Assembly: GCA_963845065.1 (NCBI GenBank) | Contig: CAWJQQ010000001.1 | Location: 896,001 to 960,000, forward strand | Length of the DNA: 64,000 bases | Direction of reading: 5' to 3' | Source: Nitrospirota bacterium | GTDB lineage: Bacteria > Nitrospirota > UBA9217 | Shown: one piece after another, positions 29,071 through 38,779 of the stretch | How positions within the stretch are numbered: the first letter of the stretch is position 1 | Layout of the letters: each line of letters opens with the position of its first letter | The notes under the pieces: generated by a model | What the model was told of the DNA's origin: nothing | What the model saw: only the letters and a program-made list of their open reading frames with translations | Database searches by the model: none | Program-made: the position numbers and the translations under genes

Positions 29071-29757
29071 GGTCCCCTCCTTGTCCGACATTATGAGATT
29101 GATTATATACCGGAATTGCAGCGACCACAATACGTCATGGAAAATTATTGATCAAATCGCAGAATACGAATTTCTCGGATCGATTGGCTTAAAGTTCTGA
29201 TCGTTAAATAGTGCCATTTTGTGAAGCGTCAACGGCTGACCTGGTTAGAAGGGGAACTTATGAAAACATGCTCTGAGCTAGCATGGTGTGCGGCAGGGAC
29301 CAAAAAGATGACAGGGTGGGCGCTGGAAAAAACTCCCGACATGTCATGTCCGGTTATCCTGACTTACCGACATTTAAGCAGCAAGAAAACCCTGGCCTTG
29401 GCAATGGGGATGAATTGCTGTGAAGTTGATTTTTCCTATCTATATACTATACGATCTTTAAAAATAAAAGATATGAGGTTCCGATGAGAAAGTAACGGGT
29501 ATCTTTGCCTGACCACGACATTGCTAGATTTATTAAGTATGGCTAGTGCTTGCCCGCTCCGAGAGCGGGCGACGTCGAGATTGCAATATCAAGCGACGAA
29601 TGATCAGATTTCTATCTATCGGCTTTGTCCTGCGGGCCTGAGGTAAAGTGATGGCCAGTTAAAGACGGTTCAACGATAATCAAGATCGGCAACTTAAATT
29701 TGTTGCCGAAGCGCTTACCGGTACCGCCGTTAGAACCCCCTGCCTTCAGTCGGTAGG

Positions 29758-29949
29758 TCAGGGTTTCTTTTCTTCGAGTTTCTCCGCTTCTACCTTGTCA
29801 TCTTCTTTCTCGGACATGGCCTTCTTGAATCCACGGATACTTTTCCCGAGGCTTTCCCCGAGAGCTGGTAATTTACCCGGACCGAAGATGATCAAAACTA
29901 TCACGAGAATCAGAAGCAAATGCATTGGCTGAAGAAGTCCTCTACCCAT
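29758..29949 (-). CDS. tatA: Twin-arginine translocase TatA/E subunit (copy 1)
   Basis: [27 protein letters not shown]. Confidence 0.92.
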   Translation of the reverse strand: MGRGLLQPMHLLLILVIVLIIFGPGKLPALGESLGKSIRGFKKAMSEKEDDKVEAEKLEEKKP

Positions 29950-29972
29950 TTTAAAATCCTCCAATATTCAGA

Positions 29973-30167
29973 CTACTTTTTTATTTCGCGAGAAGGCCGC
30001 GTTTTCTTTTTCAACGACATTAAAATAAACAGCACTATGATAACTATCCAGACAAATTTTAATGTTAATAGGGTGAATGATAAGTAGATAAATTGCTTTA
30101 TCGACTTTAACACTAAACTAGCAGCCACAATAAGGCCAACGATAAGTAATAATTTATCAAATTTCAT
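29973..30167 (-). CDS. Small two-TM hypothetical protein
   Basis: 64-aa hydrophobic ORF directly upstream of tatA copy 1. Confidence 0.4.
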   Translation of the reverse strand: MKFDKLLLIVGLIVAASLVLKSIKQFIYLSFTLLTLKFVWIVIIVLFILMSLKKKTRPSREIKK

Positions 30168-30372
30168 AATGATTAAAACCGTATATACTGTAAATCATTT
30201 TGTTCCGTACTGCAACCTTTTTTTGACATCGTGAATCGATGGAGCGAAGATAAAGCGCTTTTGCAGCCAGTGTCCTGGCGCTTGATGTTTGAGATTGGAT
30301 CCTGCCAAATTTATTTTTTACGAGAATAGAGGCAGGTATAATACCATGAGGATTTTTTTTGAATTCGTGTCT

Positions 30373-30417
30373 GCGTATTCCCCCTGCTAGGAGTAAAAAA
30401 GCCAGGAGGGGGTCAAG
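30373..30417. repeat. About 45-bp palindromic IS200/IS605-end-like repeat (second copy at 52271-52314)
   Basis: gcgtattccccctgctaggagtaaaaaagccaggagggggtcaag vs gcgcattcccccagctaggcgtaaagcgccaggagggggtcaag. Confidence 0.7.
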
Positions 30418-30465
30418 CAGAGGCCATGTATCTTCACTGGTCAGATTTGCTTGCGCTTTTATAAA

Positions 30466-30494
30466 TTGACAGCATCATAAAAGCTCGGTATAAT
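30466..30494 (+). promoter_or_regulatory. Consensus sigma70 promoter of tatA copy 2
   Basis: TTGACA-N17-TATAAT. Confidence 0.8.
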
Positions 30495-30521
30495 ACTTAT
30501 GCTTGAAGGAGGGGATCGCCC

Positions 30522-30716
30522 ATGTTTGAAGGCCTATTTCAGCCCGTGCATCTGATTCTTATCTTGCTCATAGTGCTCATTATTTTCGGCCCTGGGAAAC
30601 TTCCCGAACTAGGTGAAGGACTTGGGAAAAGCATCAAAGCGTTCAAGAAGGCCATGAAAGACGAGAAGAACGAAACGCCGCCGTCCATTGAGCATAAGGA
30701 AGAAAAAAAGGCGTAG
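30522..30716 (+). CDS. tatA: Twin-arginine translocase TatA/E subunit (copy 2)
   Basis: [36 protein letters not shown]. Confidence 0.93.
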   Translation: MFEGLFQPVHLILILLIVLIIFGPGKLPELGEGLGKSIKAFKKAMKDEKNETPPSIEHKEEKKA

Positions 30717-30761
30717 TAAGGTGCTCTGTAATATCCTTTCCTCTGGCATAGTTAGCAAGCC

Positions 30762-30804
30762 AAGATACGGGTTGAGGTAGTGTACCTCAACCCGTATCTT
30801 TTTT
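30762..30804 (+). terminator. Intrinsic terminator after tatA
   Basis: 18-bp perfect stem aagatacgggttgaggta/tacctcaacccgtatctt followed by a T run. Confidence 0.85.
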
Positions 30805-31136
30805 CTGTCGTTTCAAATTTGTCCGTAATAAGAACTCGCAGCACTTAATGCACTCTCTCCACTAAAGCATGCTGGGTTTCCCACTCTATTTTCCTAAACT
30901 AAACAGAACATCGGCAGTCTCGATTACAATCTCACTGCAATAAGCCCCTGGTTTTAACCATGGGTGAGGTCAGTTATAAAAAAATAGTTACAATACCGTT
31001 TTTTTAATTGTAATTTTTGTTTAGATGCGTTTTATATTGAATTTGATTAAACAGCTGTTCACTAAGAGGGTCGTTTTCTGAACCGTAGTAAATCATTAAG
31101 ACTATGGTATGGTAATGCTAAAAGGTGGTGGCATTT

Positions 31137-31442
31137 ATGGCGGACAACATCAATAATGCATCGTTAACAGCGCTAAATTCTTATAACACTCTGCTGAATA
31201 ATGCGGCGAATAACGTCGCCGATATTAATTCCGTTAGCCACAGCCCTCTTGAAACTACCATGCATGACTCCACCACTTCAGGAGTCACGGCAATAACTTC
31301 GCAGAACGAAAATATAGACCGTGTAGATCTTTCGCAGGAGGCGGTGAATATGATCATCGCCGAGACTGGTTTTAATGCCAACATCGAAATTTTGAAAACC
31401 GCTCAAAAAATGCAGACTAGTGTTATTGACATTATTGCATAG
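31137..31442 (+). CDS. Small flagellar basal-body rod/hook-like protein (terminal domains only)
   Basis: AANNVADIN; VDLSQEAVNMI..GFNANIEILKT. Confidence 0.7.
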   Translation: MADNINNASLTALNSYNTLLNNAANNVADINSVSHSPLETTMHDSTTSGVTAITSQNENIDRVDLSQEAVNMIIAETGFNANIEILKTAQKMQTSVIDIIA

Positions 31443-31477
31443 ATTAGTGAGAGGGGGAATTGTTGTCGCGGATGGCA

Positions 31478-32578
31478 TTAGAGCGGTAGTTTCGTTGTCT
31501 CTTCGATGATCGGGCAGGATTCTGCTGCGCTTAAAGACTGCAGCCGGTCACCGAACTTTTCCAATCTTTTGTCGGCATCCTCGTATTTTGATTTTGTATT
31601 CGTCAAATGCTTTCCCACCAGTTCAAAATCGGCCTTGAACTTTTCAAAATCACCCGAAAGTCTCTCAAGGCTTTTCAAGATTTCCTGCGCCTGTTCTTCG
31701 ACGTGCATTCCCTTGAGGCCGAGTAGAATGGTCTGGAGATAGGCGTAGAAGCTGTTCGGCGATACGGGGATAACGCGTTTGGTAAAAGCGTAGTTTAGGA
31801 GTGCCTTGTCTGTATCAACAGCCTCGTCTTTGATGATGAGCTCGTAATAGACATTTTCGGCAGGGATATACATAAGTGCGAAATCTAGGGTCCCTTCATC
31901 GGGTAGGATATACTTGCTTGCAATGGAATCAACATGTTTTTTCACATCGCTAATAAACCTTTTTTTTGCAACCTTGTGTTCGTCCTCCGTAGCCGTCTCC
32001 ACAACGCGCTTGAAATTTTCCAGAGGAAACTTGGCATCTATCGGCACGAGGTTTTGACCGAGCCTGATTACGGCATCTACGGCTTCGCCGCTCTTGAACC
32101 GGTGTTGAAGCGCGTAATGTGCAGGCGGAAAGATCTGCGCTAGCAAGTCACCTAGGAACAACTCCCCCAGCCCTCCGCGAAGTTTTGGCGACCGCAGGAT
32201 CTCCTGCAAGCTTGCAATGTCTTTCCCCACGTCGAACACCTTTTTCGTGGCCTCAGAGAGGCTGCCGAGTCCCTTGCTTACATCCTGAACCACTCGCGCA
32301 GCGTTATCGAGTCGCGTATTCAGATCTCCCGTTGATTTCTGGAGCTGCTGCGTCACCTGGTTCAGCTGGGAGTTCACCTGAACCGAGATCTGGCCTAATT
32401 GCTGGTTCACGGTCTCCTGGCTTTTGAGCATGGCCTCCGTCAGCTGACCGCGGAGGGATTGCACTTCCTGTTGGAGCATTCCGACCGTCGGATCGATAAC
32501 CTTCTTCTGCGACTGGATTACGAGCCAGAGGAGGATAAGGACGACGGATGTTAGGAGTATGAGGATGGCAGTGAACAT
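31478..32578 (-). CDS. rmuC: DNA recombination protein RmuC
   Basis: RGGLGE, DAVI, IDAKFP, YILP..TLDFALMYIPAE, VSPNS. Confidence 0.93.
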   Translation of the reverse strand: MFTAILILLTSVVLILLWLVIQSQKKVIDPTVGMLQQEVQSLRGQLTEAMLKSQETVNQQLGQISVQVNSQLNQVTQQLQKSTGDLNTRLDNAARVVQDVSKGLGSLSEATKKVFDVGKDIASLQEILRSPKLRGGLGELFLGDLLAQIFPPAHYALQHRFKSGEAVDAVIRLGQNLVPIDAKFPLENFKRVVETATEDEHKVAKKRFISDVKKHVDSIASKYILPDEGTLDFALMYIPAENVYYELIIKDEAVDTDKALLNYAFTKRVIPVSPNSFYAYLQTILLGLKGMHVEEQAQEILKSLERLSGDFEKFKADFELVGKHLTNTKSKYEDADKRLEKFGDRLQSLSAAESCPIIEETTKLPL

Positions 32579-32657
32579 TTAAGTTAGGAGCATAAAATAT
32601 GGCGCGATGAATGTTGAGTCTGGAGCCCTGAAAAAGTTCTCTCTGAACTCTGGACTG

Positions 32658-33656
32658 CTACTTAATTTCAAGCATCCTGTCCAGCGACCGTTTGGCCGGG
32701 ATGCGGATGTTTTCTGGCACTTTGATCACATGTTGCATATTTTCCATTGCTGTGAGCACACTTTCGAGCTTGGTCCGTTTCATATTGGGGCAGACCATTT
32801 CTTTGTTTAATACATAGAACCTTTTGTCAGGGTTTTCTTTTTTGAGACGATGGAGGATGCCTTCCTCGGTGCCGATAATGAATTCTTTATGATTTGACTC
32901 TTTGCAAAAACGGAGCATGCCTGAGGTGCTCGTGATCTGATCAGACATGTCCTGTACTTCAGGCGGGCATTCGGGATGTACGACCAGGACCGCATCGGGG
33001 TGAGCCGCTTTGGCGCGCTTCACATCGTCAACATCAATATGAGCATGGTGTACGTTGCAAAACCCGTCCCATGAGATGATCTTCTTTTTTGTCCGTTTTG
33101 CTGCATAGGCAGAGAGGTTGCGGTCAGGAATGCAAATGACTGTGTCTGCTTTCAGAGATTCGACGACCTTGACGACATTGGACGATGTGCAGCAGATATC
33201 GCTCTCGGCCTTAACCGCTGCAGACGTATTCACGTAGGCTACGACGGGTACCCCGGGATATTTAGCCTTCATATCCAGGAGTGTGAAATTATCAGCAAAC
33301 TGAAACGTAATGCCCATGACGTCCGTGTAGAGGTCTCTCCTCGTTTTACGCGGGCCATTGACTGTTACCATGTCTGCCATTGGACAACCGGCACCTAACT
33401 CCGGAAGCAAAACGGTCTTGTCAGGAGATAATATCGCTGCGCTTTCAGCCATAAAATGAACGCCGCAGAACACAATCACGTTGAAGTCCGTCTTAGCAGC
33501 TGCGCGCGACAGTTCAAGGGAATCGCCGGTGATATCAGCTATATCCTGCACCTCGGGGCGCTGATAATTGTGAGCGAGGATGATGGCATTCAGGTCTTTT
33601 TTCTGTTTGCGTATTTTATCGCGGAGGGCGTCGATGTCCGACGTTTGAGCACTCAT
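32658..33656 (-). CDS. nadA: Quinolinate synthase
   Basis: [42 protein letters not shown]. Confidence 0.96.
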   Translation of the reverse strand: MSAQTSDIDALRDKIRKQKKDLNAIILAHNYQRPEVQDIADITGDSLELSRAAAKTDFNVIVFCGVHFMAESAAILSPDKTVLLPELGAGCPMADMVTVNGPRKTRRDLYTDVMGITFQFADNFTLLDMKAKYPGVPVVAYVNTSAAVKAESDICCTSSNVVKVVESLKADTVICIPDRNLSAYAAKRTKKKIISWDGFCNVHHAHIDVDDVKRAKAAHPDAVLVVHPECPPEVQDMSDQITSTSGMLRFCKESNHKEFIIGTEEGILHRLKKENPDKRFYVLNKEMVCPNMKRTKLESVLTAMENMQHVIKVPENIRIPAKRSLDRMLEIK

Positions 33657-34123
33657 ATGTATGCTGATAATACCGATAATTGCCGTCGCTTGTCAAATAG
33701 AAAGTACGGAAGTGAGCATGAATGCGCATGCATTTCAGTGATGCCCAAAGTTACAGACTTATATTTTGCCTGGACTTGTCCTGTGTTAAGTGCCTTGTAA
33801 AACTACAGAAGCTGCTCTTGCAGGGGATTAGGGATATTAAACAGTGGGATACCATCGCCGAGAATAATGGTATGAAAAGCAGGGGGCTTGTGATAGCCAT
33901 GTTTTTTTTATTGTTTTGATCCAGTATGGCCCTTTAAATCTCTTTTTCGCTTTTAATCCATAAATTCCTTTTTTCAACAATTTCCTGTAGCAGCACAATC
34001 GAATTTTTACGCAATTTGTAAATTGATAATTCATATAAAGGGCACCTCCGAGCATACCAGAATCCAAAATATTCTGATATGCTCTTGGGAAGAGACAGCC
34101 AATCCCATCCGAGGAGGTGCTTT

Positions 34124-34613
34124 ATGAGATTGTACTTAGGAATCGATCTACATTCAAGTAATAGTTATTTGGGGATCACCGATGAAACCGGCAAGAAAGT
34201 ATTCAAGAGGAAGCTGCCGAATGATCCAGAGATGATTCTCGCTACTCTTGCGCCATACAAGAATGACATCGTCGGCATCGTCGTTGAGTCAACTTACAAT
34301 TGGTACTGGCTGGTTGATCTGCTCATAGCGGAGGGATATACACTGCATTTTGCCAATCCAACTGCAATACAGAAATACTCAGGACTGAAATATTCAGATG
34401 ATCAGCATGCTGCGTTTTGCGTGGGCTTTTTCGGGGGCAGCAGAACTGGCACGGCGCTATTGTCCAGAGGCTCGCGCATATTACAACCTCAAGATGAAGC
34501 AAACAAACACCGTGATAACACATGTAGCGCTCGCTCACAAACTGGCGCGGGCAGCATACTATATTATGAGAGATCAGGTACCCTTCATGCTGGAGAAGCT
34601 TTTTGAATCATAA
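34124..34613 (+). pseudogene. IS110-family recombinase with a large internal deletion
   Basis: N-term YLGIDLHS..VVEST..KYSDD joined near 34417, out of frame, to C-term AWAF..AA..ALAHKLARAAYYI. Confidence 0.88.
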
Positions 34614-35100
34614 AAATAGTCGTAGGCTGGCTGGGACGGTGAACCAGACATGTGCATGGCGAACCCGATTAAATTGATTGGTAATCCGTCCCACCCGATT
34701 ATACAGTTATCAGCATCATTACTGCCCAAGCCGTGAGCCACTACGTGCTGGTTAACAACAAGAATTGAACAATACTTCTGGACATGGCATGGAACCGAAG
34801 ATTTTCTGGTCCGCCACAAGGCGGAAAGGGTCATGGATATAGTGCTTCACCAATGACGCAGAGCCGGCTCCGCAGTCCTGTCAGACACGAAGCCGCCCTT
34901 CGGTGCGTGAAGGGCGCAGTTCTTGTCGCCTTTGGATTCTACTCGTTTTTTTATGGGAATTTTTTTTAGCGATATCCTATCCACATCGTCGTTATGCTGC
35001 TGAACTTTAACCCACCTTTTTTTGATAATATCTGCGTCAATAATTCCATATTCCGGCTTTTCTGTTGCGCACAGCATTCATTTCGGGTATTCTGTCCCTC

Positions 35101-36003
35101 ATGGCTGAGGGAAAAGCATTCAAATCAGGCTTCATCTCGATTATCGGCAGACCAAATGTGGGTAAATCCACGCTTTTAAACGCCCTTCTCGGGGAGAAGA
35201 TTGCCATTATCTCAGACAAGCCCCAGACAACAAGGAACCGCATCCTCGGCATTGTAAACAAGCCGGGTGCGCAGATAGTGTTCATTGACACGCCGGGCAT
35301 CCACAAACCCATGCATAAGATGAACGAGTTCATGGTGCAGACTGCATTGCGCACGTATAACGAAGTCGACATCATCCTCATGCTAGCCGAGTCAAACACG
35401 CCACCGGGGTCAGGGGACCAGTTCATCATTGAGACTCTATCAAGGGTGAAAACGCCGGTCTTTCTTTTGATCAACAAAATAGATATTATCAATAAAGAAG
35501 CGCTCTTACCACTTATCCAGCAATGCAGCAAACTCTATCACTTCGTCGAGATCATCCCCATTTCCGCGCTCAAAAACGATCTCGATGGCCTCCTCGATGC
35601 GATCCTGGAACGCCTTCCACAGGGACCGCAGTACTTTCCCGAAGACCAGCTTACGGACCAGCCTGAACGGTTCATTGTAGCCGAGATTATCCGTGAAAAG
35701 ATTTTCGAACTCACGAAAGAGGAGATTCCTTATTCCTCGGCAGTTGTCATCGAAGACATGAAAGAGGATCCGGATATAACGCGCATCCACGCGGTGATTA
35801 TTGTTGAGCGCGATTCGCAGAAGGGGATCCTTATCGGCAAGGGCGGCAGCATGTTGAAGGAGATAGGAACGCTCGCCCGGCGGGATGCGGAGAACCTGCT
35901 CGGGACAAAGATATTTCTGAAACTCTATGTCAAGGTCAAAAAGGGGTGGCGCGAAGACGAGCGGATACTCAAGAATTTCGGGATACTGGAAGAAGGGAAT
36001 TGA
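35101..36003 (+). CDS. era: GTPase Era
   Basis: GRPNVGKST, DTPG, NKID, EEIPY, KH domain SQKGILIGKGG. Confidence 0.97.
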   Translation: MAEGKAFKSGFISIIGRPNVGKSTLLNALLGEKIAIISDKPQTTRNRILGIVNKPGAQIVFIDTPGIHKPMHKMNEFMVQTALRTYNEVDIILMLAESNTPPGSGDQFIIETLSRVKTPVFLLINKIDIINKEALLPLIQQCSKLYHFVEIIPISALKNDLDGLLDAILERLPQGPQYFPEDQLTDQPERFIVAEIIREKIFELTKEEIPYSSAVVIEDMKEDPDITRIHAVIIVERDSQKGILIGKGGSMLKEIGTLARRDAENLLGTKIFLKLYVKVKKGWREDERILKNFGILEEGN

Positions 36004-36035
36004 GATTGCGGCCCGCAGCGTAATTGAGGGAATCT

Positions 36036-36656
36036 ATGCACGAAATGATCAGTTGGCTAGTACATACTATCGGTGCCTTGGGCTATCCCGGGATCTTTCT
36101 GCTCATGGCCATGGAGAGTTCGGTTATTCCGATTCCGAGCGAGTTGGTGATGCCGCCTGCTGGTTATCTATCCCAACAGGGGCAGATGAACATGATGATG
36201 GCTATCCTGTGTGGTACGGCTGGCAGCCTCGTCGGCGCCTACGTGAACTATTTCGTAGCCCACTACCTTGGAAGGCCGCTTATACTGAAATATGGTAAAT
36301 ACGTCTGGATTACAGAGGAGAAGTTCTCCAAGGTGGAGCGCTTTTTCAAGGACCATGGCGAGATATCGACTTTCATTGCCAGGCTCCTACCTGTCGTGAG
36401 ACATCTTATTTCGCTCCCTGCTGGTCTCGCGGGCATGAACCGCCTTAAGTTCTTGCTCTACACGATTCTCGGTGCAGGCATCTGGGTCACCGTGCTCTCG
36501 TGTATCGGCTACTTCATCGGAGCAAATCAGGATTTAATCATGAAGTATTCTCACCAGGCGCTCATCGGCGTGTCGATTGTGAGCGCAGTCATCATAGCTG
36601 TATATGTCAGGAACCACCGGAAAAAGAAGCAAAATGTTGGCTCTGCTGATATCTAG
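36036..36656 (+). CDS. DedA-family membrane protein
   Basis: ESSVIPIPSE, RLLPVVRHLISLPAG. Confidence 0.92.
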   Translation: MHEMISWLVHTIGALGYPGIFLLMAMESSVIPIPSELVMPPAGYLSQQGQMNMMMAILCGTAGSLVGAYVNYFVAHYLGRPLILKYGKYVWITEEKFSKVERFFKDHGEISTFIARLLPVVRHLISLPAGLAGMNRLKFLLYTILGAGIWVTVLSCIGYFIGANQDLIMKYSHQALIGVSIVSAVIIAVYVRNHRKKKQNVGSADI

Positions 36657-36807
36657 TGGAAGCCGTTTTTTGGTGTTAACTGTTCTGCCCAAAATTTGAT
36701 ACGCTCACATAACGTCAAGATGCATGAACCCGGTGATCCGTAGTTCCGAATAAATTTCATGCATGCTATATCAGGATCCCATAGCATTATGGATCGGGAG
36801 AGAAGCC

Positions 36808-37554
36808 GTGACAAATTGTCAAGTAGGCGTGGGTCGTTTTAGCAAGCGTGATCCCGGATACCTGCTCATTGTAGACAATAACGTCAATGACCTCTATTCC
36901 TTGGCTATGATCCTTCAACGTTTCAATTACAATGTATGTACAGCCACTACGGGGAATGACGCCTTCGAATTAGCAATAGTGGCAGTTCCAAAACTGATCA
37001 TCACCCCCCTTGATCTTACCGACTTACCCGGAACCGAACTAGTTAATCGCCTTAAGTGGGATTCGCGAACCTCGAGTATCCCGGTCATCGTTATCAGCGA
37101 TGTGCCAGCTCTCGAATTCGAGCAGCAGTGCCACAAGGCAGGAGTTGTCGCGTTCCTGATCAACCCGATCCCGGCCGAAGTTCTCTTCAGGACTATTCAG
37201 AAAACAATTGAGCAGACACCACGCGGTAATATACGGATCCGGACACTGTTGTCCATAAGCATAGACAACAAACCTCTTGATAGTGAGAAAGGCGAGTGCA
37301 TTACCGAGCTGTCGGAGTATGGCATGTATGTAAGAACCCTGGAACCATGTCCTCAGCGCACTCGAATTGCCATCCGGTTTGAGCTCGGCGGCAGGTCTAT
37401 CGCTGGAGAGGCAGAAGTACTCTACTGCCATCGCTACGGCGATGGACCTTTCAAGGAGCCCGGCATGGGTCTTAAGCTGGTGGCTATCAGTTCGAGCGAT
37501 AGGAACTATGTCAAGACCTATATCAGGGAAGAAATCATGAAAAACATTCCCTAA
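36808..37554 (+). CDS. Degenerate receiver domain plus PilZ domain protein (start uncertain)
   Basis: LLIVDNN..IPVIVIS..FLINP; PilZ RGNIR and ELSEYG, EPGMGLK. Confidence 0.8.
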   Translation: MTNCQVGVGRFSKRDPGYLLIVDNNVNDLYSLAMILQRFNYNVCTATTGNDAFELAIVAVPKLIITPLDLTDLPGTELVNRLKWDSRTSSIPVIVISDVPALEFEQQCHKAGVVAFLINPIPAEVLFRTIQKTIEQTPRGNIRIRTLLSISIDNKPLDSEKGECITELSEYGMYVRTLEPCPQRTRIAIRFELGGRSIAGEAEVLYCHRYGDGPFKEPGMGLKLVAISSSDRNYVKTYIREEIMKNIP

Positions 37555-37624
37555 GGAAAGAAGTCAGGGAATTATGATTTTCGTAAACTCGGGAAGAAAA
37601 TTTAAAAATATAGAAAAACGGCAC

Positions 37625-37662
37625 GGGAAACCTCACATGCTTTAGCGGTGGGAATACAGCAA
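37625..37662 (+). repeat. IS200/IS605 right-end-like sequence (related copies at 45856-45886 and 52652-52686)
   Basis: gggaaacctcacatgctttagcggtgggaatacagcaa, sharing a (g)ctttagcggt core. Confidence 0.55.
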
Positions 37663-37944
37663 GTTTTTCGAGCTCATTGAACTTTTTTTGCTTCAAGACA
37701 GTCCGTATCGACGGACTGCTCTCAACAATTATTTAACTATACTTACTAATCTGAATAGAAGCATGTAAACTTTAAGCCATCGCCATTTTCTTTACTATTT
37801 TCTCTCCCCATAACAGTGTATAATGACTTCATTCTTTTTCGATAATGAAATGCGTTTGCATCTGAACATCCTGCATTCCCGATTACTGCATAGGGAAATA
37901 AAGGAAAAATCCGTGTGAATCCGTAGCTGTAAATCAATTCCTTC

Positions 37945-38697
37945 ATGAAATCCAAAACCGAAGCCATTATCATCAGCAGTATGAATCTAGGCGAGGCGGA
38001 CAAACTTGTCACGTTTTTCTCCCTCGATCAGGGCATGCTCAAAGGTGTAGCCAAAAATGCGCGGAAATCTTTTAAACGCTTTGGTGCAGGGCTCGAGAGC
38101 TTTACCCTCGTCCGACTTTTGCTCTATGAGCGTGAGCACCAGGAAATGGCACGGATCGAATCAGCTGAGATTATAGAGCAGCACCCTGGGATCATAGCCG
38201 ACCTTGGATGCTCTGCTGCTGGGGCTGTCATGCTTGAACTGGTGCGGGAAATGTCTCCCCTCGGCGAGCGCAACGCGCAGGCTTTTCTGCTCCTTTCTTA
38301 TATACTTCATCTTCTGGACGCAGGCAAGGATCCGCTCTTTCTGCTCAGTATCTTCAAGATCAAGTTTCTGTCGCTTGTTGGCTACCAGCCTAAGCTAGAT
38401 CATTGCCTTTCCTGCGGGATCCAGCCGAAAGGGGAGATGGCGTTCCTTGGGCTGAAAGGCGGCATTCTCTGCCCGGACTGTATGGTATCTTCCGGAGAAC
38501 CGCAGGTGAAGCTTTCTCCCGGTGCAGTCGGCTTTTATTACCAGGCGCTTAGGATGGAGATGGACAAGGTTTGCAGACTTAAACCATCGGACGGTATCGT
38601 ACGTGAGCTCGACATGGCGTTCACCTCCCACACCTTTCATATCCTCGGTAAGCGGCTCAAATCAACGGAGTTCCTGAAGGTAATAACATCATTGTAG
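37945..38697 (+). CDS. recO: DNA repair protein RecO
   Basis: LGEADKLVTFFS..G..KGVAK..RFG; zinc motifs CLSC and CPDC. Confidence 0.94.
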   Translation: MKSKTEAIIISSMNLGEADKLVTFFSLDQGMLKGVAKNARKSFKRFGAGLESFTLVRLLLYEREHQEMARIESAEIIEQHPGIIADLGCSAAGAVMLELVREMSPLGERNAQAFLLLSYILHLLDAGKDPLFLLSIFKIKFLSLVGYQPKLDHCLSCGIQPKGEMAFLGLKGGILCPDCMVSSGEPQVKLSPGAVGFYYQALRMEMDKVCRLKPSDGIVRELDMAFTSHTFHILGKRLKSTEFLKVITSL

Positions 38698-38779
38698 GGT
38701 ACTTCTCACTACACTTTTCACTACAGTATCACGGCGGAAATGAGGGATTCCTGAAATTTTCAGGCTGCTTTTTTCCAGG

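Noticed and set aside
29540..29710. Possible c-di-GMP-I riboswitch (cccgctccgagagcggg..gacg..gggcct..gatggccag)
   Set aside because: Conserved GCAAA segments are missing, spacing is too long, and no same-strand gene follows
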